Below are positions 1 to 11,121 of a DNA stretch of 64,000 nucleotides, one piece after another. The stretch lies in NCBI GenBank assembly GCA_001600815.1, contig BCKZ01000019.1:1-64000 (forward strand). The letters run 5' to 3'. Position 1 is the stretch's first letter, and each line of letters opens with the position of its first letter. Source of the stretch: Alloascoidea hylecoeti. Its lineage: Eukaryota. Both the position numbers and the translations under genes were made by a program. The notes under the pieces are model-generated. The model saw only the letters and a list, made by a program, of their open reading frames with translations. It did no database searches and was not told where the DNA came from.

Positions 1-1010
1 TGTCATTGTGATTGCTGGACCAGCACTAGCACTAGCACCAGCACCAGAACCAGGTCTATCTTTTGGATCAGCACTTCCCATGTGTGCAAGACCATTAACA
101 AGTCCCATTCTACTTCGAAGGGAAATACCAATATACTTCTATAGATCTTCCATACCATTATAAATTGGCGTAGAAGATGATGACAAATGCCAGCCAGTTA
201 TTTTTTAAGATTTTTAACACCAGCTTCGCGGGTATAACAGGTGCCAATTTTCATTAATGGTTTAGTATCAACATTTCCATACATTATGATCATAATTTGC
301 AGTAGCAATAGTTTGAGATCAGTATCTAAAACTTCTAAAATTGCAGCAGATTAATCACCATCATTACCACCAATTTTATCATAACACAACTTTTCANGTG
401 AAATACAATGGAATTTACGACCAAGGGGTTGCGGCAACTGATTTAGCCAAACTTGTTTTACCAACACCTGGAGGTCCAACAAGTAGTGAAATAGATGCTT
501 TTGACTTAGGTGGTTCTGGTTTTGGTTAAACTTTGATTATTTCGGATTTTTTCTTCCTTTTCAGAAGAATCATAATTAATATCCTTTTGAACTGTCATTA
601 ATATCAAAAAGATGAATATTTATGTAATAACTGATTATTTATTATTTGAATCAACATCTTTAATTAAAACTTGTATCAATTTTTTAGAATTTTCAACTTC
701 TTTTTCAGTTTCAAAATGTTGATGTAGTAATTGTAAAACAGCAAGATATTGTGATGATCTTTTTTTGGTTTTATTTAAAACATAATTGTCATCTGATTGT
801 TTTCTTGTAGATTCGATAGAAGTGACATGTTGTTCTTCATTATTGTCAGAGGAGGAAGAATTTTTTGTAGTTTTATATCCATTAAAGTTTCCAAATAATT
901 TCTACCAACTTGATATTCAGAATGTGGTAGATTCATACGATATAATTTGAAGATTCTTTTGTTTATCTTCAAGAATATTCAAATTTATTGATTTGTGGAA
1001 GATCTTCATC
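1..1010 (-). pseudogene. Degraded peroxisomal-type Lon protease pseudogene (runs off the window start)
   Basis: Hand translation of the minus strand gives Lon motifs in the correct order across frames: EYQVGRNYLETLMDI; RKQSDDNYVLNKTKKRSSQYLAVL; Walker A LLVGPPGVGKTSLAKSVA, frameshift, TLGRKFHCIS; DKIGG..D*SAAILEVLD; IATAN; GLVNGLAHMGS; PKDRP..SAGPAITMT. Stops, frameshifts and large internal deletions are present. Confidence 0.88.
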
Positions 1011-1199
1011 TTTATATAGTTATATAAGGTCTTATAATAATTGAACGAAATACAAATTATCTACCGAGCTTCTTTTCTAGAGCCTCTTCCTTAAATGTGT
1101 AAGGTCCCGACTTCCTAGACTTCAAAGGCCAAAACAGTTAATTAATAACAAAATAGCGAACAAAACTAAGTGGCACTTATAGTTATAGCGTAAGCAACA

Positions 1200-2480
1200 A
1201 TGAATATTGAGACTAGAACTAATTTTGTTAGATACCTCCCTTGTGAAATCTTCAAACAGTTATCACAGAAAACTTTACTTAATTGTAGAGAAACATCTAA
1301 ATCATGGAAATAAATAGCAGAATATGATGATGATATATATATATATATATGGAAATCAAAATTTAAAGATCAAAAATGTTTGAATTACTATAATGATGAT
1401 TCAGAAACTGATTTATGGTATGAATTATATAAAGAGCATTATCATTTAGATTTGAATTGGAAAAATGATAAGTTTACAACTCATATATTAAGTGCATTAT
1501 GGTAACAATTAAATGTCCAAGATATTACTATTTTAAGAGATGAGCCATAAATAATCGTATTAAGGTTCAAAATGCCTGTTCTCCTAGTTGCGCCAAAGTC
1601 AATCGACTCTTTAGTGAACTGTTCTAAGAGTGTAATATATAGAATATCCAACAAATCGATATCGAAATTTTTTGTTAATTCCTATATTTCGATATCAAAT
1701 TTCATTTAGATACTGTTACATGTATTGATATTAATGATAAATATTTGGTTTCTGGTTCATTGAATGGGTTTTGTATAATATGGAAATTACCAAATTTAAA
1801 ATCAATAGCTCGTATAAAAACGTCACGAAATGATTCTTATTCAATTACCTGTGTAATTGATGTCGCCTTATACAACGATTACATTGTATGTCGTGATGAT
1901 AAATATATACGGGTTTGGAAATCCAATCCCAGTATTTTAGAAAATCAACGACTGTTTAACTTACAGTACAGTTTAATAGGAGAATATTGGTGTAATATTT
2001 GTATTCATGATATTATATATAGTAGACATATGTCAATTGTACTAAGATCCTGAAGTATTGAGACTGGTCAAATGATCCAAGAATTTCAAGATAATCTAAT
2101 AAGGTTCATGACAGTAAAGGATCAAAATTTATTTGCTACTATTTACTACAACCAAATAAGAGTTCGGGATTTACAATCAAATAAATTAATAAATATTATA
2201 CTAGATGTTGAATTCGATGGATTTGTAAATGTAGTTGGTTTCTTTATATCTGATAATAAAATCATTTGTGTTGATTATTATTGTACTATTTGGATTTGGA
2301 ATTTAAATGATCTAAAATTATTTAAAAAGATATAAAATTCAAATATTCCAATCTTACGTTCAACCTACACTTGGTCAATTGATGCTGATTCGAAGAAAAT
2401 GGCTGCATTTATTTTGGATGGTGATCTTGTTATTTATGATTATACTAAACATTTAAGCAAAAAATTTTAAAACATTTATA
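1200..2480 (+). pseudogene. F-box/WD40 protein pseudogene
   Basis: ATG 1200 gives NFVRYLPCEIFKQLSQKTLLNCRETSKSWK* (F-box, TAA at 1311), then W...WYELYKEHYHLDLNWK. WD40 pieces follow: HLDTVTCIDINDKYLVSGSLNGFCIIWKL, DKYIRVWK, CTIWIWNL. Broken into several short ORFs; 3' end approximate. Confidence 0.8.
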
Positions 2481-2826
2481 ATATATTGAACAGTGAAAAT
2501 AAATATCGTTGCTTAATTGTTAAGGAATTTCATTAGAAACTAATATCATCATTTACTACATCTATTGACTGTTTAAATTTGTCCTACACAGAGAATTTAA
2601 CTCATGTTTACTCAGTGTTGTTCCGTTATAATTACTAGGCTTATAATGGTCCCGTTTCTCATAAAAAAAAAAAAAAAAAATAGCCTATAGGTCCCATAAT
2701 AAGTTAACTCTATACTAATTATGTTCAGCTCTTCGTGATCAGGAGTAAACCTCACGAACTCCTCTTAATCTTGCCTGACAATTACCAAAATACCGTAATC
2801 TACTTTCAGTTTGACAGAATTTTACC

Positions 2827-3105
2827 ATGAACATGAAAATGAACATGAAAAAAAAAGATTCAATTCAAACAATCTTACATTACATTAGTGAAAACCTAAC
2901 CACTGACCTTATATTGTGGGGTGGGAGGATATTAATGGACATAATGAGTAGTGATTTCATGGTTTTATTAATCTGGGAGCATCACATTGATGATATATGT
3001 GATAAGGTTGATGAGCTCAAAAATGATATAAATGAAGAGAAATTGTCGAAGTATGAGCTGAACGATCCAAATCCCAATCTTTTTAATCAAAAATTACCTG
3101 TATAG
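2827..3105 (+). other. Short unassigned ORF, probably a gene relic
   Basis: 92-aa ORF with coding-like composition lying among pseudogenes; no recognisable motif. Confidence 0.2.
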
Positions 3106-3277
3106 TCATATAATTAGTATAATGAATATTATGGAGGTTAGTTGTAAAAATGAATATGCGTTTTGGGAGTAAAGTAAACAAAAAAATCCACCACCTTTCA
3201 ACAAAACAAATCATCTTCACGACCAAAACAAAATCAACCCCAACTGTTGTTTCAAAATTCATGTGCATAGATATCCA

Positions 3278-4431
3278 ATGTCACAAACTTCTCATATTCC
3301 GACCTCATACTACACTTCAGCATACACTTCTCGAAAGCAATTTAGAGGTAAATATTATATTTTCATCACAACAAGCTTGCGTATCACAACTATCAAATTT
3401 TATTAAATTGAAAGATTTTAACCAATTTATCTCATTATTAGGAAAAGGACGAAATAGAACACGTCATATCATACCACCGATAACGAATACACCATCGAAT
3501 ACATACGATTATGAATATGAGAATGAGAATGATGGTTCCGATGAAGAGAATATATATGAATTTCAACCACCAAAATCTAAAAAAATCGAGACTCAAAATA
3601 TACAGCAGCAACAACAACAACTACTACAATCCCCTCCTCCAGATATTCAAAATTTTAGGAATCAATTTTATAAACCTGTACGAACCCGAAGGCCTTCTCT
3701 TCGAGGGAGAGAAAGAGTACTATTAGGAAATAGAAGGAAATTATTTCAACGGACTCCATCTAACAATAAACCAATTAAACTATCAAACCGTGAAGCATTT
3801 AGAGTAGCTGAATCAGCAGCTAATGAAATATTTTCTCATGAACATGAAGATGATAATAAAGATATGTTTGATAATGAGAATACATCTTTAATAATATCAA
3901 TACCTGGTATATCATCAGAAGAACTAGCTCAATCTTTTGGTACCGCTACTGGTATAGAAAATAAAAGACCAAGATTTGGTAGATTACCATTTGGTAGTCG
4001 GAATGTTAAGAAAAATGGTACAAGAAGTAAAATACATGTTAATAATAATCATGTAGGATATTTTACAAATATTCAAAAAGGTGAAGATGTTGAAACTTTT
4101 GAAGCATATACAGAAGAATTTGTAGAAGAATTACAGAATTTAAAATCAGAAAATAGTAAGTTTATATCAATTAATGTTTTTCAGAAATATTGAAATTTCT
4201 AACTTCAAAATTTATTAGGAAGAGAACTTCAGGAGAACGAGGTTCTACGGCATGCTTACATTGATCACAGACTCATGGCATTGCCTGGTAAGTTATATTA
4301 AACGGAATTATCGTTCTTTGGACTTATTTATATTAACTACTTTCTTTTCATTAGATGTACAATTAATCCTCCAAAACTCTTTGAAAGAAATCACAAATAG
4401 CCTCCAAGAAGACGAATGGATTTATCAATAG
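3278..4431 (+). CDS. Hypothetical protein, 4 exons (3278-3347, 3442-4155, 4219-4287, 4355-4431)
   Basis: Three GT..AG introns join in frame (MSQTSHIP...NSLQEDEWIYQ*); acidic and poly-Q low-complexity tracts; no family recognised. Confidence 0.6.
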
Positions 4432-4685
4432 ATTAGCAATACCCTAATTATGAAGTTAAAAAAAAAATATATGATTAGCTTAATTTTTGATATCCTTTGC
4501 TTGGTTTCCGCATCACTGTAACTGTAGTATTTGCTGTTCATTTTTGTCTCCTTAAACACAATTGCATAACATTATATAATATGAAGTAATTATATAATTA
4601 TTTTTAGTTTATATATTTTATAAAAGCCACTCAGAAATCTTTGTTTCGCTCAATTCTTTATTTTCTCCTCTTTGATTTACACATA

Positions 4686-6833
4686 ATGAATATCATAAGA
4701 TTACAAGTAAGTTTTCTACATAACTATATCAATATTTATTTATAATATAGATATTCTATGAGGTTTTTAAAAATTTAAAGATTTTGAGAAATGATCGGCA
4801 ATTAATTAACACGAAAATCGATATTAATTTATAAATTATAGAGAAAATTTCCAGTTCTTTCCCAAGAAGATGTATTTAGTCTCATTGATCAATTCAGGTA
4901 AGTTATTTTTATTTTAAAAATTAATTAATCACTTGCAATATTCTAAATTTATATAGAAACATTGATCTTGATGATAATGGATGGGTTGAAAAACAAGCAA
5001 TTGTAACAGCTGTTGCAAAAGCGGGCGAAGGGAATTATGATGAAGTTCGAGAAACTTTAAAATCGGTTGATGTTGATGCTAGTGGTCATGTTGAAGTTGA
5101 TGATTATGTCGAAGTAAGTTTTTTTTCTTTCTATTTACCGGTATATGAGATCGTTGATATTAATAACAATTATATAGTTGGTAGCAAGACTTAGAGAAAC
5201 AAAACAAAATGTTCAAACTCCATCTTCTCCCTTGGCTACACTTCAACATACTGGATCTGGTAGAAATAAAGCTATTGTTGTTGGAGGATCAACTACTGGT
5301 ACAACACATACAATTAATGATGAAGAAAGAGCCGAATTTACACGTCATATTAATTCAGTTTTAGCAGGAGATCCATTAGTTGGAGATAGATTACCATTTC
5401 CAACAGATACATTTCAAATATTTGATGAATGTAGAGATGGATTAGTTTTAAGTGGTTTAATTAATGATTCAGTTCCAGATACAATTGATACTCGTGTACT
5501 TAATTTACCAAAAAGGGGTAAAAAATTAAATAATTTTACAATGTCAGAAAATGCAAATATTGTTATAAATTCAGCAAAAGCAATTGGTTGTGTAATTGTT
5601 AATGTTGATGGTGATGATATTATTAATGGTCGTGAACATTTAATTTTAGGTTTAATATGGCAAGTTATTAGAAGAGGTTTATTAAGTAAAATTGATATTA
5701 AAAATCATCCTGAATTATATAGATTATTAGAGGATGATGAAACTTTAGAACAATTTTTAAGATTAGGTCCTGAAAAAATTTTATTAAGATGGTTTAATTA
5801 TCATTTAAAATCTGCAAATAATTGGTCAAGAAGAGTTTCAAATTTTACAAAAGATGTTTCTGATGGTGAAAATTATACAATTTTATTAAATCAATTAAAT
5901 CCAGAATTATGTTCAAAATCACCATTACAAACTAAAAATTTATTAAAAAGAGCTGAAGAAGTTTTAAATAATGCTGAAAAGATTCAATGTCGAAAATATT
6001 TAACACCAACTGCAATGATTGCTGGTAATCCAAAATTAAATTTAGCATTTGTTGCACATTTATTTAATACACATCCTGGATTAGATCCACTTGATGAAAC
6101 AGAAGCACCAGAAATTGAAGAATTTGATGCAGAAGGAGAAAGAGAAGCTCGTGTTTTTACATTATGGATGAATAGTTTAAATGTTGATCCACCAATTATA
6201 AGTTTATTTGATGATTTAGCAGATGGTACAATACTTTTACAAGTTTATGAAAAAGTATTACCAGGAGTTGTTAATTGGAGATTTGTTAATAAGCGACCAA
6301 ATGATGGTAGAGAAGTTTCAAGATTTAAAGCTATTGAAAATACAAATTATGCAGTTGCAATTGGTAAATCAAATAAATTTTCATTAGTTGGTATTGAAGG
6401 TGCAGATATTACAGATGGTGCAAGAACTTTAACACTTGGATTAGTTTGGCAATTAATGAGAAGAAATATTACTTTAACATTAAATAAATTATCTCAAGGA
6501 GGTCGTGAATGGACAGATACAGATATTTTAATATGGGCTAAAGATAAAGCAAATAAAGGAGGTCATTCTACTATTAGAAGTTTTTCAGATCCTTCATTAA
6601 CAACAGGTATTTTCTTATTAGATGTTTTAAATGGATTAAAACCTGGATATGTTGATCGTAATCTTGTTACTCCTGGAATTACAGATGAAGATAAATATGC
6701 AAATGCAAGATTAGCAATTTCAATTGCTAGAAAATTAGGTGCTTTAATTTGGTTAGTTCCAGAAGATATTAATGAAGTAAGAAGTAGGTTATTGATTTCT
6801 TTTGTTGGTGGATTGATGGCTTTGGAACGTTAG
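4686..6833 (+). CDS. SAC6: Fimbrin; exons 4686-4706, 4842-4897, 4957-5113, 5178-6833
   Basis: Spliced N-terminus MNIIRLQRKFPVLSQED...IDLDDNGWVEKQ, EF-hand-like headpiece and four calponin-homology domains. Confidence 0.97.
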
Positions 6834-6964
6834 TTTTTCCACCATATATTTAACATATTCATAGCTATATAATTAACACAAGTTAAAAAATAAAAAGTGC
6901 CTTTATATATATATATATATATATATAAGTTAAAAATTATCAAAAATGTAAATATGTAAAAAAT

Positions 6965-8029
6965 TTACTCTGCTTTTCTAGTATCAACAATTTGATCTTT
7001 TAATTTTGCATCCCAATGAATTCGTAACTTTTCGATATAATCTAAAACTTTCTCAGACCCAGTAGTATCAACATCATTCCTTCTAATATATTCAGTTCCA
7101 TTTAATCTACAAGCAGAACCATATTTTATTAATTGAGAATCAATTTTTGGATTAGCATCAACAGCAGTCCAAACAACAGCATTTGCAGCAGTATAACCTG
7201 AAATATTATGCCATGGACTACCTAAAATCCTTGCAAAATAAAATAATAATAACATCCCCCAATAAGTAAAATTATTTAAAAATTTAGCAAAAGAAGTAGA
7301 TTGAAAAATTCCAGGTTGAACAAGGTAAGAAGCAACACCATGATTTGATAACAATTTTTCAAAAGTTGCATAATGTAAAAGATCCACTAAACGTTTTGAT
7401 CCTTCATAAGTTGCAGTATTTTTGATCATTTCAATATCATTGAGATCAAGGTATTTTGGATCACTCATTAAACTAGATATCCAAATGATTTTCCCATTTG
7501 CATTTGATAGCAAAGGTAATATTTTATTAATGATATACCAAGGTCCAAAAACGTTAGCTTGGAAAACGGCCCCAAGTCCATCTTGAGATTTAACCCCGAC
7601 TTGTTGTAATTTATAGGTAGGAGCCGTAACAGCATCTAATGGATTTATGAGGATTTCTTTAACAGCTTGAAGCCAATCTATCCCATCAAAGACACCAAAG
7701 GCGGAGTTTGCAAAATAGTAGTCCAACCTATCATATCGGGTGTTTAGCTCGTGGGCGGCCGCGAAAACCGAGATCATGTTTGTGAAGTCGATTAACAAGT
7801 AGTCATAATCCACCAGGATGTTGAGTTTTTGAAAATGAGGGTTTGAAAAGACAAACTTTTTAAGGGTTTCGATGAGTTCGTTTACTCTCGGCAGAGTGCG
7901 AGACGTTAAAACAAGCGTGATTCTTGTATTCGCGTGGCATTTTTCTAGCAACCGGTAGCAGATGCTCAGGCCCAGATTACTATTTGCACCTGTTATGAGG
8001 GCCACTCTGTGTTCTCTTGTGTCTGGCAT
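6965..8029 (-). CDS. ERG27: 3-keto-steroid reductase
   Basis: VALITGANSNLG, VFQANVFG, YEGSKRLVDL short-chain dehydrogenase motifs typical of Erg27; first ATG at 8029. Confidence 0.95.
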   Translation of the reverse strand: MPDTREHRVALITGANSNLGLSICYRLLEKCHANTRITLVLTSRTLPRVNELIETLKKFVFSNPHFQKLNILVDYDYLLIDFTNMISVFAAAHELNTRYDRLDYYFANSAFGVFDGIDWLQAVKEILINPLDAVTAPTYKLQQVGVKSQDGLGAVFQANVFGPWYIINKILPLLSNANGKIIWISSLMSDPKYLDLNDIEMIKNTATYEGSKRLVDLLHYATFEKLLSNHGVASYLVQPGIFQSTSFAKFLNNFTYWGMLLLFYFARILGSPWHNISGYTAANAVVWTAVDANPKIDSQLIKYGSACRLNGTEYIRRNDVDTTGSEKVLDYIEKLRIHWDAKLKDQIVDTRKAE

Positions 8030-8128
8030 TTTATTTGGGTTGGCACTTACTTCGGCAGACACACACGCAGCTATTATATATGTTCTATTAGGTTATGTCC
8101 GACCACGCGGCCGGATCAGCTGATATAA

Positions 8129-10219
8129 TTAAACCAATCCGCTCAAAGTCAACCCTTCCAAAAACGGCGCCAAATCGTCCTTGCGCACCTCGATGATCGA
8201 GCTCTCGAAACTGTCCATCCGCACTTTCGCTCCGGTTTGGTTCGCCACCTGCTGGAACGCAGCACCGAACGAGTTCACGCTCTCGGCCGCCGGAAACCCG
8301 TCGTCGGCCCGTGTTCTCACCTGCAGTCCGTCGTCTTCCGTCCCACTGACAACGTTCCCGTGCCCCCTCGCATGGCGCGCCGCCAGCCCGAGAACGAGGT
8401 ACGTGTCCGCCTCCACGTCCAGCGAAGCCAGCACCAGCGGCAGCGCTTTCGGATCCGCCTCGACGATCCCTTCCGCCATCCAGATCCCCAGCCGTACCAG
8501 CGCCAGCGGATTCCGGAACGTGCCCAGCTCCGGCCCGTCTTTAACAACCGCCAACCGGAAAAACCGCAGATTCCGGACCTGCCGTTTTTCCAGAATCGCA
8601 GTTCCTGTTCGGAATATTATTTGTTGTAGGAACTTTGCGTTTTCCAATCCTTTTTCAATTAATCCGATACTGTCCAAAGCATCCCAGCCTGCCCAAAAAT
8701 TACCAACCCAAATCTTCTCTTTTTCTGCTATTTCCTCCCCAATCGTGTGGTCTTCTTTGTTGCCTTGGCCTTGTCCTTCATATGCTTTTCCCAATGCTAT
8801 ATCCGTTTGACTAACAAGTCCACTTTCTAATAATGCTGCCAGTGCTTCAACACATTCACTGGCTGAAACTGACCCTCTATATCCAAACTTTCGAACAACT
8901 CCTTGTCTTACAATATCATCCAATTCATAAAGACCCGCGACCTTTTTAAGCATCGAAGTTAATGATTTTTTAACTCCCATGTCCATATGAACCCATTGTT
9001 CATGGGCAACTTGTAATGATATCCCCATTCTAGCAAGCATCTTATGTAGTTTCTTCCTACCTTCTTCTTGCCATAAAACTAATTTAGCTGAAACGTATGA
9101 TGAATATAACATACTATCATATAATGACCAATGTCGTAATAAAAACAATAAATAATCGGTTTCAATTACTAATGATGAAGAATCGGCTCCATCTGTAATA
9201 CCACCTTTGTTTTGAGGATTTAATCGTGTTACTTCATCTTTAAGTAATGGATACATTTGTTTATATAGTTGAGGATATTGTGAATCTAATGATGTTGTTC
9301 CAACTACTGCTAACCATAAATTATCAATTGATGTTTCTCCAATTAATGATAATAATGAATAAACTTGTAAAGATGCTGTAGTTACAATTGTTGTTCCAAA
9401 TGAATAATATTTTTCTAATATTTCTTCTGCTTTTTCTGTTTCATTTTCATTATCATCTTGTTGTCTAGAAATTTTGGGACTTGGTGGGGATAATGGAGAT
9501 GATTCTTTCCGTTTTATTTGACTACTTGGTATTCTATCTTCATCATCATCTGTATCATCTTCCCTTTCACTATCAACAACTTCAATTCTTCGTTTCTTTC
9601 GACTACTTCCTTCTTCTTCTTCTTCTTCTTCTTCCTCATTATTTTCTATATTTGTATTTTCATCTTCACTATTATCTGTATCTTCATCATCTTTCTTATC
9701 ATCATTGATAAGTTCGTAATATGCTTTCTTTTGATCTTCTAATTCATCATCAATTGCACCATCATCAAAACAAACAATAATATGTGATCCAAAAATATTA
9801 TCTAAATTCCAAGGTCTATGTCCATCAATGACATAAATTTTTCTTTTTGAAGTAATAATATTCTTATTTTTGATATTTTTATTTCGATTGGTATTTTCTG
9901 TTTCGGTTAAATAATCATCAACATCAATATCTAAAAAAGATTCTAAATCAATTAAAGCACCACAACCAATTAATATAACATTTTTAATATCATCATCTAA
10001 TTGTAAATATTGAGATTTTAATTCTGAATATCCTGCAATTGGAACAATTCTATGAGTTATTAATTCTTTTTTTAAAACTGTTGCAAATGCTTTTGAAGCA
10101 CATAAAGCATCTATATCTAAACATGATGTAAATATAACTAATTTACATGTTGAATGTGATAATGATGAATGTTTAATACTTTTAAAAGTTTCTGAAAATT
10201 GTGAAGGGTTTATAAACAT
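8129..10219 (-). CDS. CDC45: DNA replication initiation factor Cdc45
   Basis: LDIDALCA, IDGHRPWNLDN, acidic insert, LFLLRHWSLYDS, FESSIIEVRKDDLAPFLE. Confidence 0.97.
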   Translation of the reverse strand: MFINPSQFSETFKSIKHSSLSHSTCKLVIFTSCLDIDALCASKAFATVLKKELITHRIVPIAGYSELKSQYLQLDDDIKNVILIGCGALIDLESFLDIDVDDYLTETENTNRNKNIKNKNIITSKRKIYVIDGHRPWNLDNIFGSHIIVCFDDGAIDDELEDQKKAYYELINDDKKDDEDTDNSEDENTNIENNEEEEEEEEEGSSRKKRRIEVVDSEREDDTDDDEDRIPSSQIKRKESSPLSPPSPKISRQQDDNENETEKAEEILEKYYSFGTTIVTTASLQVYSLLSLIGETSIDNLWLAVVGTTSLDSQYPQLYKQMYPLLKDEVTRLNPQNKGGITDGADSSSLVIETDYLLFLLRHWSLYDSMLYSSYVSAKLVLWQEEGRKKLHKMLARMGISLQVAHEQWVHMDMGVKKSLTSMLKKVAGLYELDDIVRQGVVRKFGYRGSVSASECVEALAALLESGLVSQTDIALGKAYEGQGQGNKEDHTIGEEIAEKEKIWVGNFWAGWDALDSIGLIEKGLENAKFLQQIIFRTGTAILEKRQVRNLRFFRLAVVKDGPELGTFRNPLALVRLGIWMAEGIVEADPKALPLVLASLDVEADTYLVLGLAARHARGHGNVVSGTEDDGLQVRTRADDGFPAAESVNSFGAAFQQVANQTGAKVRMDSFESSIIEVRKDDLAPFLEGLTLSGLV

Positions 10220-10343
10220 TTAAATGATGTGTTTTGATCTAATTATTGAGTTTCGACTTGAAGATATAATTCGTATGAGAATAATTATAAATAGATATGA
10301 TTACTATAATCTATACTTAAAATCTAACCAATTTTTTTATAAG

Positions 10344-10445
10344 TCGCGTTTTGTAATTGTTGATAAATTTCGCGTCAAATTCAAAGTCTACAAAACTTTG
10401 AAATTTTACCCGGCATTACCACAATCAAATGTAACATCCGGGTAA
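10344..10445. promoter_or_regulatory. CDC45/LCL2 divergent promoter with MCB/SCB-like and Reb1-type sites
   Basis: TCGCGT at ~10344, TTTCGCGT at 10368-10375, TTACCCGG at 10406-10413 and inverted CCGGGTAA at 10438-10445. Confidence 0.55.
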
Positions 10446-10528
10446 AATATTTTGAACAAGTCATCAGAACCGTATAAGTTTGAACTTTCTTTTACAACAC
10501 TTTTTCAAGAATAATCAATAATAAGAGA

Positions 10529-11007
10529 ATGTTTATAAATTATTTAACAATACTGGTTATATCAATAACTTGTGTTTCTGCTCAATTATTTGATTTTTTT
10601 CAACATTTTGGAGGAGAACAACAACAACAACAACAACAATTCAATTTTCAAGATACATATTTAGATGGTAAGTAATTACAAAAAAACCTCACAAACAATT
10701 GAAAATTTCTAATATATAACAATTAAAATTAACAACAACTGTTTATTATATTATAGCAAATTGTGATAAATTTCTTTGTCAAGATACTTTAATATGTGTT
10801 GATTCTTATTTGGATTGTCCTTGTCCATTCCCAGCATCTGAATTAAAATGTTTATTACCTGATAATAAAAATTATATTTGTATTTCCAAACCTGCTAATG
10901 CAGAAACAAACATTTATGATGATCCAATTAAAGGTCCAAAAGTAACTGGTGGTGATAATATAAGAGATTGTGGTTGGGTTACGAAAGCTTTTAAAGGTCA
11001 GATTTAA
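10529..11007 (+). CDS. LCL2: Lcl2-family small secreted/ER Cys-rich protein; exons 10529-10667, 10757-11007
   Basis: Signal peptide, QLFDFF, poly-Q, CDKFLCQDTLICVDSYLDCPCPFP, RDCGWVTKAFKG. Confidence 0.88.
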
Positions 11008-11121
11008 AATATATTTATTATATAGCCTAATATACTGTATCATATATTGTTGTTTCTTTTAGCATATGGATAAAAAAGTGATGGAATATGAAAATGAAAT
11101 TTAAATGTATATTATTTATAA

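Noticed and set aside
341..529. Plus-strand 62-aa ORF (LAKLVLPTPGGPTS)
   Set aside because: Antisense shadow of the Lon Walker A region.
2640..2700. Poly-A run with loosely repeated flanks as a retroposon tail
   Set aside because: The flanking repeat is imperfect and no element body is identifiable.
8181..8810. Overlapping ORFs of 209, 130 and 76 aa in the CDC45 3' end
   Set aside because: Arise from stop-codon depletion in the GC island; no independent coding signal.
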